DNA of 63,261 bases, filler included, from Candidatus Desantisbacteria bacterium CG1_02_49_89 (GTDB taxonomy: Bacteria > Desantisbacteria > UBA1551): assembly GCA_001871075.1 (NCBI GenBank). It is 3 parts of 3 records of this genome, joined end to end, with 100 filler letters (N's around TTAATTAATTAA, not from the genome) between each part and the next. Parts side by side here need not be neighbours in the genome. Positions count along the whole stretch, not along the records: positions 20,966 to 42,094 come from MNUP01000020.1; 2 more parts are not named here. One strand, written 5' to 3'. The notes beneath the pieces are model-generated. The model was given only the letters and a program-made list of their open reading frames with translations, ran no database searches and was not told the origin of the DNA. Positions 27,663-37,512 of this stretch are shown here, one piece after another. Positions within the stretch are counted from its first letter, which is position 1. Each line of letters begins with the position of its first letter. Both the position numbers and the translations under genes were made by a program.

Positions 27663-28025
27663 GTGAAGAAAATTGAAATTTATGATCCACCAATGTGCTG
27701 TTCAACCGGAGTTTGCGGCACGAAGGTTGATAAAAAGCTGATAGAGTTTGCCAATGCTTTAAGAACATTGTCTCTTTCCGGCGTTATTGTTGAGCGTTTT
27801 AATATGGCCCAAACACCTCGGGTTTTTATTGAAAATCTCAAAGTTAAAGAGCTTCTTATAAGGAAAGGGCAAAACGCTCTGCCGTTTATTTTTGTGAATG
27901 GTGAACTTAAATGGTCCGGGAAAATTCCGTCCGCAAAGGAACTCTTAAAAGTTTTTGGGGTAGAGCATAAGCCGCAAACTATCAATGAGGGTGGTTGTTG
28001 CGGTGATGGGGGGTGTTGCGGATGA
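27663..28025 (+). CDS. arsD: Arsenic metallochaperone ArsD
   Basis: IEIYDPPMCCSTGVCG and C-terminal CCG..GCC. Confidence 0.95.
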   Translation: MKKIEIYDPPMCCSTGVCGTKVDKKLIEFANALRTLSLSGVIVERFNMAQTPRVFIENLKVKELLIRKGQNALPFIFVNGELKWSGKIPSAKELLKVFGVEHKPQTINEGGCCGDGGCCG

Positions 28026-29767
28026 AGAATCTGATATCGAAAGCCACGCGCTTTTTATTTTTTACCGGAAAAGGCGGCGTTGGCAAAACTTCCGCTTCTT
28101 GTGTTGTTGCTGTCGGGCTTGCTGATTCGGGTAAAAAGGTCCTGCTTATCAGCACAGATCCCGCATCTAACCTTGATGAAGTCCTGGGAACAAAATTGGT
28201 ATCAAAGCCGACCGCCGTTTCTAATGTTCCCAACCTTTATGCGATGAACATAAATCCCATTAAGGCAGCCGAAGAATATCGGAAGCGGGTAATCGACCCA
28301 TATAGAGGAATTTTGCCGGAGGAATCAATAAAGCAAATGGAGGAACAACTTTCAGGAGCTTGTACGGTTGAAATCGCGGGTTTTAATGAATTTTCAAAGT
28401 TTATTGGCAATGAAGAATCTAATATTGAATATGACCACATTATATTGGATACAGCGCCAACCGGCCATACGCTTCGCCTTTTAAATTTGCCTTCGGCATG
28501 GAATGATTTTATTGCTTCAAATAAAACCAACAGTTCCTGCCTTGGACCCTTATCGGGCTTGAAAGAACAACAAAAACTTTATCAGAAAGTGGTGAATAAT
28601 TTTAAAGATTCCGATAAGACTACTTTTGTTTTGGTGTCAAGGCCGGAGAAAATGAGTTTTGATGAAGCGGCAAGAGCAAGCAGTGAGCTTAAATTTTTGG
28701 GCCTGCGCAATCAAAAGCTTATTATAAATGGCGTTTTCAAAACACCATCAGAAGACAAGGTTGCCAAAGCCTTTTCATTGAGATCTGAAATTGCAATGCA
28801 AGATATGCCGGGCGCGATAAAGAAACTTGATGCGACAATTATTTATTTTAGAGCGCACGGAGTTATAGGAATAGAAGCTTTGCGCGGCATATCAGAAGGG
28901 CAACAAGATATTGTTGATTTTAAAGCTATGGATAGGCTTGAAAGCGAACTTCCTGGGGCATTAAACAATACCTACAAATGGCCGGATTTTTTAGAAAATC
29001 TTGAGAAAGACGGCACGGGGGTTATTATGACAATGGGAAAAGGAGGGGTTGGTAAAACGACGATCGCCGCTATGATAGCGGTACAGCTTGCCGGCCGCGG
29101 GCACAAGGTTCTGTTATCAACAACCGACCCTGCTGCGCATATATCCAAAGTACTTCAGTCGGATATTGCCAATCTTTCCGTTGATAAGATAAACCCAAAA
29201 ATAGAAACTCGAAAATATGTTGACGAAGTTTTAAATGAAAATAAGGGTAAATTATCAAAAGAAGATATGGATCTTTTAAAAGAAGAAATGCGTTCTCCCT
29301 GCATTGAAGAGATTGCAGTATTTAAAGCCTTTGCGCGCACGGTAGCCAAGGGAGAAAATCAGTTTATTGTGCTTGATACTGCGCCTACGGGGCACACCCT
29401 TTTGCTTTTGGATGCAACCGAATCTTATCATAGGGAAGTTGCCAAATCGACGGATACCCTTTCAGTGGATGTCAGGGAACTATTACCCCGGATCCGTAAT
29501 CCAAAATTCACGAAAATCGTGATTATTTCTTTAGCTGAAGCAACCCCGACCCACGAAGCCGAATTTCTGCAAAATGACCTGCAAAGAGCGGGTATTAAAC
29601 CTTTTGGGTGGGTTATAAACCGGAATTTTGCTGTTTCTGGGTCAAAAGACCCTTTGATATGCGCCAAAGGTCTCCACGAATTATCGTTTATCAGGGAAAC
29701 AGCAAACAGTCTTTCTGAAAGAACGGTTATTATTCCGTGGATGGCCAATGAAAATATACATATTTGA
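28022..29767 (+). CDS. arsA: Arsenical pump-driving ATPase ArsA (two NBDs)
   Basis: Two GKGGVGKT and two DTAPTGHT motifs, plus SGACT, SCLG and SPC metalloid Cys sites. Confidence 0.97.
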   Translation: MKNLISKATRFLFFTGKGGVGKTSASCVVAVGLADSGKKVLLISTDPASNLDEVLGTKLVSKPTAVSNVPNLYAMNINPIKAAEEYRKRVIDPYRGILPEESIKQMEEQLSGACTVEIAGFNEFSKFIGNEESNIEYDHIILDTAPTGHTLRLLNLPSAWNDFIASNKTNSSCLGPLSGLKEQQKLYQKVVNNFKDSDKTTFVLVSRPEKMSFDEAARASSELKFLGLRNQKLIINGVFKTPSEDKVAKAFSLRSEIAMQDMPGAIKKLDATIIYFRAHGVIGIEALRGISEGQQDIVDFKAMDRLESELPGALNNTYKWPDFLENLEKDGTGVIMTMGKGGVGKTTIAAMIAVQLAGRGHKVLLSTTDPAAHISKVLQSDIANLSVDKINPKIETRKYVDEVLNENKGKLSKEDMDLLKEEMRSPCIEEIAVFKAFARTVAKGENQFIVLDTAPTGHTLLLLDATESYHREVAKSTDTLSVDVRELLPRIRNPKFTKIVIISLAEATPTHEAEFLQNDLQRAGIKPFGWVINRNFAVSGSKDPLICAKGLHELSFIRETANSLSERTVIIPWMANENIHI

Positions 29768-29849
29768 AACAATTACAAAATAATGCAGTGTGGAATTAAA
29801 ATTATGCAGAATCCGGACAAAGCATAAAAATATTGCTAGGAGGCATGTA

Positions 29850-30641
29850 ATGAATAAAAGCCTGCGTATTATAAAAAATAATGGAATAGCAATCAGTGTT
29901 GCGGTTCTTTTGGTAATTTCCTTTTTGTTTTTTTCATACACTTTACCTGCGCAGGAAAACATTGCTCCTAAAACAGCTGCAGAGGCAATAAGTTTAGCGC
30001 GAAATACCGGCCGATACCTGTTTTTATTGTTTTATAAAGACAAGGATGGGTCGTTTAATACGATGAAGGGAACTATAGAGGAATTTGAAAAGGAATCTTC
30101 AAAAAAGATAATGATATACAGGGCATCCACTGCAAACGAACAAGAGAAGGATGTAGCCACGAAATACGGCATATTAAAGGCTCCCTTGCCGATAGTTCTT
30201 TCGTTAGCCCCGAATGGCGCTGTCACCGGCGGTTTTCCAAAAGAAGTAAGCAAACAGCAACTTGCCGGCTGCCTTGTGCCGGAACTTACAACAAGGATAT
30301 TAAAACCTCTGCAGGAAGGAAAAATCGTGCTTGTCCTGCTTCAGAACAAAAATACAAAATATAATATGGAATCTGCGAAAGCCGCCGGTGATTTCTCGGA
30401 TGAGCCGCAGTTAAAGGGATATGTTGAAATAATTATGGCGGACCCGGGCGATGCCAAAAATAAGGAATTTATTTCTCAGATAAAACTGGATGAAAATAAG
30501 AACGAGGCGGCGGTAGTATTTTTAGTTCCGCCGGGAACAATAGCGGGTGTTTTTTCAGGAAAAGTAACCAAAGAAACACTCTTCGGGGCGCTTGCTGCAT
30601 GCAGTTCAGGCGGTGGTTGCGGAAGCGGCGGTTGCAAATAA
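29850..30641 (+). CDS. Exported two-lobed thioredoxin-like-fold protein with Cys-rich tail
   Basis: N-terminal signal/anchor, internal duplication (LAPNGAVTG / LVPPGTIAG), ends ACSSGGGCGSGGCK. Confidence 0.6.
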   Translation: MNKSLRIIKNNGIAISVAVLLVISFLFFSYTLPAQENIAPKTAAEAISLARNTGRYLFLLFYKDKDGSFNTMKGTIEEFEKESSKKIMIYRASTANEQEKDVATKYGILKAPLPIVLSLAPNGAVTGGFPKEVSKQQLAGCLVPELTTRILKPLQEGKIVLVLLQNKNTKYNMESAKAAGDFSDEPQLKGYVEIIMADPGDAKNKEFISQIKLDENKNEAAVVFLVPPGTIAGVFSGKVTKETLFGALAACSSGGGCGSGGCK

Positions 30642-30669
30642 TGATAATAAAACAAAGGAGTTAATAATT

Positions 30670-31887
30670 ATGGACCTGAAAAAACTGGCATTAAAAGAAA
30701 TGTTCCAGCACAGAAATCAACTGTTTTCAAGCCTGATCGCAATAACGCTTGGTATAGCTGCCATTGTGGGTATTAAAAACATAACTTACTTTTCAGAAAA
30801 AGCCGTATCGAGCGAACTTGATACTCTTGGAGCAAATGTTTTGATCTTACCCAAATCCGCATCGGTACAGGATTATTACAGTGCTGATTTTCAGGAAGAA
30901 GAGATACCGGAGGATTATGTTAACGTTTTAGTAAATTCTGACATAAAAGGAATAGACAATCTTTCTCCAAAGCTTAATTTACATGTGGAAATACAAGGGC
31001 AAAAAGCAATCCTGACAGGTATTTTGCCGAAAAATGAATTTAAATCAAAAACAATATGGCAGGGAACATTGGGAGTATTTTCCAGGCCTGAGGGCTGCGG
31101 CACACCTGCTGTTATACCTGGAATAACGGACTCAAATAAGAATATAACCAAAAAAAGAGTCATTGAGGATTTGGGTGAAAACAAAATACTGGTTGGTTCA
31201 GATCTGGCTAAAACATTAGAAGCAAAAGAAGGCAGCACAATCAAGATACTAAATAAAGATTTTATCGTAGAAGCAGTATTGCCGGTTTCGGGAACAATAG
31301 ATGACAATAGAATATTTGCTCATCTGCATACCGTACAGCAGCTGGGCAATAAAACTTCGTTATTAAATGCAATAGAAATCGTTGGCTGCTGCGCAGAAAT
31401 TTCTAAAGGCCTTATCCAGAAGCTTAACAAGCTGCTGCCGGATGCAAGGGTTGTAACTATAACCCAAATTGTGCAGACGCAGTTAAATACAAACAGGCTT
31501 ATGAATAAGCTGTCAATTATTGTTTTAATAATGATTGTTTTAATAGGAGGGGCAAGCATTGCCAATTATATGTTTGCCGATGTATATGAGCGCAGCAAGG
31601 AAATAGGCATTCTTATGGCTATGGGGGCGAATAATAATTGGCTCATGAAATTGTTTTTATATAAATCAATTGTCTTGGGCGCCATAGGCGGGATAACAGG
31701 ATATTTAATAGGCACTATAATCGCTGTTGTGCTTGGCCCCAAAGTGGCAGGGATCCCTGTCTCACCTTTGCCTATATTTGCATTATATAGTTTGGTTTTA
31801 TCAATGTTGATATCGGTTGTGGCAAGCATACTGCCGGTTATTAAGGCTACAAAAGTTGATCCATTCGTTATTATGCAGGAGGAATAA
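30670..31887 (+). CDS. MacB/FtsX-type ABC transporter permease
   Basis: LGANVLILPK, a large periplasmic loop and ERSKEIGILMAMGA. Start moved to MDLKK after AAAGGAG. Confidence 0.88.
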   Translation: MDLKKLALKEMFQHRNQLFSSLIAITLGIAAIVGIKNITYFSEKAVSSELDTLGANVLILPKSASVQDYYSADFQEEEIPEDYVNVLVNSDIKGIDNLSPKLNLHVEIQGQKAILTGILPKNEFKSKTIWQGTLGVFSRPEGCGTPAVIPGITDSNKNITKKRVIEDLGENKILVGSDLAKTLEAKEGSTIKILNKDFIVEAVLPVSGTIDDNRIFAHLHTVQQLGNKTSLLNAIEIVGCCAEISKGLIQKLNKLLPDARVVTITQIVQTQLNTNRLMNKLSIIVLIMIVLIGGASIANYMFADVYERSKEIGILMAMGANNNWLMKLFLYKSIVLGAIGGITGYLIGTIIAVVLGPKVAGIPVSPLPIFALYSLVLSMLISVVASILPVIKATKVDPFVIMQEE

Positions 31888-31889
31888 AT

Positions 31890-32543
31890 ATGTTGAAAAT
31901 TGAGCATGCCAGCAAAACATTCCATCATAAACACGGCACAGTGAGTGCTTTAAACGATTTTTCTTTTGAGATAAAAAAAGGGGAATTTATAAGTATTTCC
32001 GGGCCAAGCGGAAGCGGAAAAAGCACATTGCTTTTAGCATTGGGCGGAATGAGCCATCCTGATAACGGAAAGGTTATGTGGAACAATGAATCAATTTATA
32101 ACTGGGAATTAAATAAAAGGGCACAGTGGAGAGCAAAAGAGGTAGGTTTTATATTTCAGACTTTTAATTTGATAAACTATTTGACAGTTTATGAAAATGT
32201 GGCTATTGCCCTGAATCTGGCAGAAGAAAAAGTTGACAGGAAAAGGATTATTGGTATATTGGACAAGATGAAATTGTCGAATCGCATTAAACACCTTCCT
32301 AATGAACTTAGTATTGGACAGCAGCAAAGAGTGGCTATAGCAAGAGCGCTGATAAAAAATCCCTCTATGCTGTTGGCAGATGAACCTACGGGTAACCTTG
32401 ATCCGCAAACAGCGAATGATATACTTAAAATTTTAAAAGAAATAAATAATGAAGGGAAAACAGTGGTATTTATAACGCATAATCCGGATTTGGCAAAATT
32501 AGCGAATCGCAATATAAGAATAGAAGAAGGCAGAATAGTCTAA
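31890..32543 (+). CDS. ABC transporter ATP-binding protein (LolD/MacB type)
   Basis: GPSGSGKST, LSIGQQQRVAIARAL, LADEPTGNLD and ITH. Confidence 0.95.
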   Translation: MLKIEHASKTFHHKHGTVSALNDFSFEIKKGEFISISGPSGSGKSTLLLALGGMSHPDNGKVMWNNESIYNWELNKRAQWRAKEVGFIFQTFNLINYLTVYENVAIALNLAEEKVDRKRIIGILDKMKLSNRIKHLPNELSIGQQQRVAIARALIKNPSMLLADEPTGNLDPQTANDILKILKEINNEGKTVVFITHNPDLAKLANRNIRIEEGRIV

Positions 32544-32606
32544 TTGCAAAAACTCGGTCCGGGCCTGAAATATCGATATGGAAAAGATTCTTACGCGCAA
32601 GGAGAT

Positions 32607-32987
32607 ATGTTGAAGATAATATTATTCGTCTGTGTTGAAAATTCCTGCAGGAGCCAGATGGCTGAGGGTTTCGCGAAGCACTACGGGAAAGATAAAATAG
32701 AGGTTTACAGCGCCGGGTCAAAACCTTCGGGGAAGGTAGATGAAATGGCAATAAAGGTAATGCAGGAGAAGGGAATCGACATATCGGGACAATCTTCAAA
32801 GGGTTTTTTAGAACTTCCTGTGGATAAATTTGACATCGTCGTTACAATGGGGTGCAAGGATGTATGCCCTTTTATTCCGTCAAAAGAACATATTGAATGG
32901 GATATACCGGACCCTGCCGGCAAACCTATCGAATTTTTCAGGAACGTGAGAGATAAAATTGAAGGGAAAATAAAAGGATTAATGTAG
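32607..32987 (+). CDS. arsC: Arsenate reductase, LMW-PTPase/thioredoxin-coupled type
   Basis: CVENSCRSQMAEG, SAG, TMGC..VCP and W.IPDP. Confidence 0.93.
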   Translation: MLKIILFVCVENSCRSQMAEGFAKHYGKDKIEVYSAGSKPSGKVDEMAIKVMQEKGIDISGQSSKGFLELPVDKFDIVVTMGCKDVCPFIPSKEHIEWDIPDPAGKPIEFFRNVRDKIEGKIKGLM

Positions 32988-33029
32988 CGGTGCGATTTAT
33001 TGCACTGTAAGGGGAATCAGGAGGTTGGT

Positions 33030-34100
33030 ATGCAGCAGGCAGAAAAAAAACTCAGCATATTTGAAAAATATTTGACTTTATGGGTTGGCTTGTGCATTGT
33101 GGCAGGGATACTGCTGGGAAGGTTTTTTCCGGGGGTTGCCAGGTATCTTGACAGCCTGTCAGTAGCGCAGGTTTCTATACCGATAGCGATATGCCTTTTC
33201 TTTATGATGTACCCGATAATGGTCAAGATTGATTTTGCCGAGGTAGTGAAAGCCGGCAAAAACCCCAAGCCGGTGCTGCTGACGCTTGTCGTCAACTGGG
33301 GTATAAAGCCATTTACAATGTACGCGATAGCATGGTTCTTTCTTGCCTATGTATTCAAAGGAATGCTTCCCGGAATGGAGATCGTAAAAAACGGTTCAAC
33401 CGTGGAACTTTTCAGGTCGTATATTTCCGGGGCTATCCTTCTGGGGATCGCGCCCTGCACCGCGATGGTCCTGATGTGGGGGTATCTTGCGAAGGGAAAC
33501 GACGGGCATACTCTTGTTATGGTGGCAATAAATTCCCTCACTATGTTATTTTTGTATGCACCGCTTGGCGGTTTCCTGCTCAGGGTCAACAGAATGCCTA
33601 TTCCATGGATCACTATCCTGCTTTCAGTGCTTATATACGTAGCCCTGCCGCTGGTAGCCGGATACTTCACCCGCAAGAAGATCCTTCAGGCCAGAGGCAG
33701 GGAATGGTTTGATAACAAGTTCCTGCCCTACCTGACACCGGTTTCGATCACGGCCCTGCTTTTCACGCTTGTCCTTCTTTTCTCTTTCAAGGGCGAGCTT
33801 ATAATAAAACAGCCTCAGGTCATCGGGCTCATTGCTATTCCCCTTACAATACAGACCTTCCTGATCTTCGGGATCACTTACTGGCTGGCAAAAATTCTAA
33901 AGCTGACATACGAGGATGCGGCGCCGTCCGCGATGATAGGCGCGTCCAACCATTTTGAGGTGGCTATTGCCACGGCAACGATGCTCTACGGCCTGAATTC
34001 CGGCGCAGCCCTGGCAACAGTGGTGGGGGTCCTGACAGAGGTCCCGATAATGCTGGCCCTTGTCAGGATATGCCTTGCGACCAAAAAGTGGTTTAAGTAA
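33030..34100 (+). CDS. acr3: Arsenite efflux permease Acr3
   Basis: [32 protein letters not shown] and VGVL.EVP. Confidence 0.95.
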   Translation: MQQAEKKLSIFEKYLTLWVGLCIVAGILLGRFFPGVARYLDSLSVAQVSIPIAICLFFMMYPIMVKIDFAEVVKAGKNPKPVLLTLVVNWGIKPFTMYAIAWFFLAYVFKGMLPGMEIVKNGSTVELFRSYISGAILLGIAPCTAMVLMWGYLAKGNDGHTLVMVAINSLTMLFLYAPLGGFLLRVNRMPIPWITILLSVLIYVALPLVAGYFTRKKILQARGREWFDNKFLPYLTPVSITALLFTLVLLFSFKGELIIKQPQVIGLIAIPLTIQTFLIFGITYWLAKILKLTYEDAAPSAMIGASNHFEVAIATATMLYGLNSGAALATVVGVLTEVPIMLALVRICLATKKWFK

Positions 34101-34298
34101 AAACAGGGGTAAGGGGTTAGGGACAAGATGTCCCTCCTGCTTTTTTGCCGAAAGTAGGCTCTTGTAAGAGTGAAAGCCCCAAAGGGATTCCTTCGGAACA
34201 AAATGGGGAGACTCGCTTATGCGGCAAGGGAAGGAAAGACTGCAATTTTAAGTTACTTACGATGTACGAAGAACGATGCACGATGCACGAGAAACGAA

Positions 34299-35504
34299 TC
34301 AGATCTCGCGCAGCTGCGGGGTTTTTCTGAACAAAAATAAAACGGATACACCGAAGACCAACGTTCCCAGCCCTATCGCGAACGGGGCGCCGAAGAACTG
34401 CGCCAGCGTGCCCATCTGAAGACTGCCCAGGGGCGAAAGGCCCATAAAAGCAAGGGAATAGATACCCATGATCCTGCCGCGCATCTCGTCCGGGGTTGTT
34501 ATCTGCACTATCGTGTCTGAGATTGAAGACTGAAAAAGAAAGAAAAACCCCGATATCACAAGAAAAATGCAGGACAAATAGAATATTCTTGAAAAAGAGA
34601 ACAGCAGTATCGCTGCGGAAAATACCGTTGCGCCCGTAAAAAACAGCCTGCCCTTCCTTCTTATGTCGCCCGCGCCTGCAATGATCAACCCCCCTGCAAG
34701 GGCGCCGATCCCCGTGCACGTCATAAGGAACCCGAAACCTTTTGCCCCTACCTTTAAAACATCCCCCGCGAATACGGGCATCAAAACTCCGTATGGCATC
34801 ACGAATATCGAGCAGAGCGCCGCTATTACGATCACCGACCTTAAAACAGGGGTTGCCCGGACGTAGCGCAGACCTTCCGTGATATTTTTAAAGGTTGAGT
34901 CTTCCATTTTGCGTTCCGGGGACGGCAAGAGTTTCATCATCTTCAGCGCGACGATAAAAGCGAGGAAACTTACGGCGTTCAGAAAGAAACACCAGGAGTT
35001 GCCTATTGTTGAAACAACAATGCCGGCGATCGCTGGACCCGAGATCTGCGCAAGGTTGAAAAGCATGGAATTAAGGGAAACCGCGCTCATGATGTCTTCT
35101 TTTCCCACAAGTTCGTATACGAATGCCAGCCTGGTAGGCATATCAAATGAGTTTGCGATCCCCATTCCAACCGCAATAAGGGCCACGTGCCACACTTCTA
35201 CTTTTCCGGTTGCCGCAAGAACACCCAGGATGAAAGCAAGGATCATCATTATGGACTGGGTAATATAAAGCAGGCTGCGCTTGTCAACCCTGTCAGCGGT
35301 ATTGCCGCCGATAAGTGACAGAAGCAGGAAAGGCACTGCCTGCGCCGCGCCTACAAGCCCGAGCAAAAACGGAGAATGCGTCAGCGTGTATACGAGCCAG
35401 GACTGCGCGATGATCTGGACAACGGTCCCGATCATTGACACGAGCAGGCCCACCCAGAAAAGCCTGAAGTTCCTGTTCGCGAACACACTGAATCTGGCAG
35501 CCAT
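34299..35504 (-). CDS. MFS transporter (MFS_3/EntS-like)
   Basis: RNFRLFW.G, GG..ADR.DKR and about 12 hydrophobic segments. MRGRIMG. Confidence 0.88.
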   Translation of the reverse strand: MAARFSVFANRNFRLFWVGLLVSMIGTVVQIIAQSWLVYTLTHSPFLLGLVGAAQAVPFLLLSLIGGNTADRVDKRSLLYITQSIMMILAFILGVLAATGKVEVWHVALIAVGMGIANSFDMPTRLAFVYELVGKEDIMSAVSLNSMLFNLAQISGPAIAGIVVSTIGNSWCFFLNAVSFLAFIVALKMMKLLPSPERKMEDSTFKNITEGLRYVRATPVLRSVIVIAALCSIFVMPYGVLMPVFAGDVLKVGAKGFGFLMTCTGIGALAGGLIIAGAGDIRRKGRLFFTGATVFSAAILLFSFSRIFYLSCIFLVISGFFFLFQSSISDTIVQITTPDEMRGRIMGIYSLAFMGLSPLGSLQMGTLAQFFGAPFAIGLGTLVFGVSVLFLFRKTPQLREI

Positions 35505-35525
35505 AAAAACCTTTCTAACTACCGG

Positions 35526-36902
35526 TTAATTGGTATTTTCAAGGTCCGCGACGCATTCTATGTGCGGCGTGTGCGGGAAAAGGTCCACCGGCTGTATGCT
35601 GTTTATCTTATAACCGAAACCGGCGAAAGCCGCCAGGTCCCTTGCCATCGTGGCGGGATTGCAGGAAACGTATATTATTTTTCCGGGTGAGATCAGCGAA
35701 ATACCCTTTATTATGACGGGGCTGAGCCCTTCCCTGGGAGGGTCGGCTATCATAACATCTATGCTTTCTTTCATCCTGACCATTTGCGCGACGAAGTCCT
35801 TTGCTTCCTCAAGGAAAAATCCCGCGTTAGTAATGCCGTTCAGGCCGGCGTTCTCATTCGCGTCCTCGATCGCCTGCGGGAACGAATCCACGCCTATAAC
35901 CTTCCTGGCCTCGCCAGCGACATACAGGCCTATTCCGCCCGCCCCGCAGTAAAGGTCCATCACGCTCTTCTCTTTGCCGGGCCCGGCAAGCTCCTTGATC
36001 TTTCTGTACAGCACCGCGGTCCCCCCGGAATTGGTCTGGAAAAATGAATAGGGCGAGACCTTGAACAGCAGGTTATCAATTCTTTCCGTGATGTAATTCC
36101 TTCCCTTCAGGATGTTTGTTTTCTCCCCGAAAGCTATGTCCGAAACCTTGTCGTTCACGGTGTGCAGGAGCGAGTGGACCTCTATTCCCTCCCTGCCTGT
36201 GAAGCTCGCGAACTGGTGTATAAGGTCATCGGGCCACGCTATGAGATTGGAAGAGGTCGTTACCAGGTTTACCATCCTCTCACCCGTGTTCTTTCCTTCC
36301 CTTATTATCAGGTGCCTGAAAAGCCCCTGGTGCGTCCTGGGGTCGTATACCGGAAGGTTGAATTCTTTGGCGAACCTGCTGAAAAAAGCGAGTATCTTGT
36401 TTGATTCCGGGCTTAAAAGGACGCAGTCCTTTATTTCCACCACCCTTGAAAAAAACCCCCTTTCATGCAGCCCGAGTACCGGCTCGTTGTTTTCGTTAAG
36501 GCTGAAAGAGAATTCCATTTTGTTGCGGTAGTGCCTCTCGGACGGGCTTGCGATGATGGGAAGCATCGAAGACGCGTCAAGCTTTCCTATATGAAGGAGC
36601 ATTTCCTTTGCAAGCTCCTCTTTTATCCTGAGCTGCTCCTTGTATGGAAGGGTCTGCCATGTGCATCCGCCGCACCTGGGAAACACCGAGCAAAGCGGTT
36701 TTGTCTCCATGCCTGATCTCTCAAGCACCTCCAGGACCGTGCCCTCCGCGTAATTAAGCTTTTTCTTTTCGATCCTTACTTTCAGCTTCTGCCCCGGCAG
36801 GCCGCCCTGCACAAACACGACGAATCCCTCGGGTTTCGCGATACCCTTGCCGGTAGCGTCAAGCTTCTCGATTTTTAGTATTACCGTCTCGCCCTTGTTC
36901 AT
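35526..36902 (-). CDS. rlmD: 23S rRNA m5U1939 methyltransferase
   Basis: TRAM domain, C..F.RCGGC, FFQTN, DLYCGAG, DPPREG, YVSCNP and DLFPHTPH.E. Confidence 0.93.
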   Translation of the reverse strand: MNKGETVILKIEKLDATGKGIAKPEGFVVFVQGGLPGQKLKVRIEKKKLNYAEGTVLEVLERSGMETKPLCSVFPRCGGCTWQTLPYKEQLRIKEELAKEMLLHIGKLDASSMLPIIASPSERHYRNKMEFSFSLNENNEPVLGLHERGFFSRVVEIKDCVLLSPESNKILAFFSRFAKEFNLPVYDPRTHQGLFRHLIIREGKNTGERMVNLVTTSSNLIAWPDDLIHQFASFTGREGIEVHSLLHTVNDKVSDIAFGEKTNILKGRNYITERIDNLLFKVSPYSFFQTNSGGTAVLYRKIKELAGPGKEKSVMDLYCGAGGIGLYVAGEARKVIGVDSFPQAIEDANENAGLNGITNAGFFLEEAKDFVAQMVRMKESIDVMIADPPREGLSPVIIKGISLISPGKIIYVSCNPATMARDLAAFAGFGYKINSIQPVDLFPHTPHIECVADLENTN

Positions 36903-36923
36903 GTTTATTTCCTTTGTGATTTA

Positions 36924-36974
36924 GGAGTAGGGGCTTTAGCCCCGTTATTTAAACGACCCTAAAGGGTCTACTCC
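36924..36974. repeat. GTAG-type REP doublet
   Basis: GGAGTAG-GGGCTTTAGCCCC..GACCCTAAAGGGT-CTACTCC. Similar GTAR-hairpin units at 18913-18966, 22846-22869 and 32984-33005. Confidence 0.65.
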
Positions 36975-37083
36975 AAAAGATCCTATTCCGGTTCTTAAAA
37001 ATTCCGCGGAAATTCGTGGTTAAAAGGTTTTATGGTTTCCTCGCCCATCCTTTCAGGTGGGCGAAGTCTCGCCCCCGCTTTTA

Positions 37084-37482
37084 TTAATGGCGGGTGGCGG
37101 AGTGGTCAAAATAGTCTTTTAATATTTTTCTATGGTCAAACGCTATATCATCGGGAAGGTTATTTTCTGTAAAAACGCCGATGTCAGCTGCGTCGTCGCT
37201 TGCTTCCGGTGTTCCATCGGCTTTTGCGGTGAAAACAGTGGAGATCGTATGTCCTCTTGGATCCCTTCCCGGCTCAGAATAAGTGTGGAACTGACGCAGG
37301 TCTTGGACCTTAAGGCAGGTTTCTTCCCCTGCTTCCCTTGCCGCGGCGGTTTCAAGGCTTTCCCCGCAGTCAACAAACCCTCCGGGTATAGCCCACCCGT
37401 GCGGCGGGTTTTTTCTCTTTATTAAAACTATACCGCCCTCAACCTCAATTATGATATCTACTGTTATTCTCGGCTGTTCCAT
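37084..37482 (-). CDS. Nudix hydrolase (ADP-ribose pyrophosphatase-like)
   Basis: Nudix box [23 protein letters not shown], plus RDPR and AFDH. Confidence 0.9.
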   Translation of the reverse strand: MEQPRITVDIIIEVEGGIVLIKRKNPPHGWAIPGGFVDCGESLETAAAREAGEETCLKVQDLRQFHTYSEPGRDPRGHTISTVFTAKADGTPEASDDAADIGVFTENNLPDDIAFDHRKILKDYFDHSATRH

Positions 37483-37512
37483 TATTTCTTTCCCGTTATT
37501 GCGCTATTTTAT

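Larger units (their letters stand above)
26784..34167. mobile_element. Candidate transposase-less cassette carrying arsR-arsD-arsA-ABC-arsC-acr3, bounded by 23-bp inverted repeats
   Basis: 26784-26806 TTACAAGAGCCTGCTTTTGGCAA matches the reverse complement of 34145-34167 (TTACAAGAGCCTACTTTCGGCAA) at 21/23. Confidence 0.5.

Noticed and set aside
21077-34100. Selenocysteine recoding in the redox/arsenic genes
   Set aside because: The catalytic positions I could check are ordinary Cys codons, and no ORF appears cut at an in-frame TGA within a CxxC motif.
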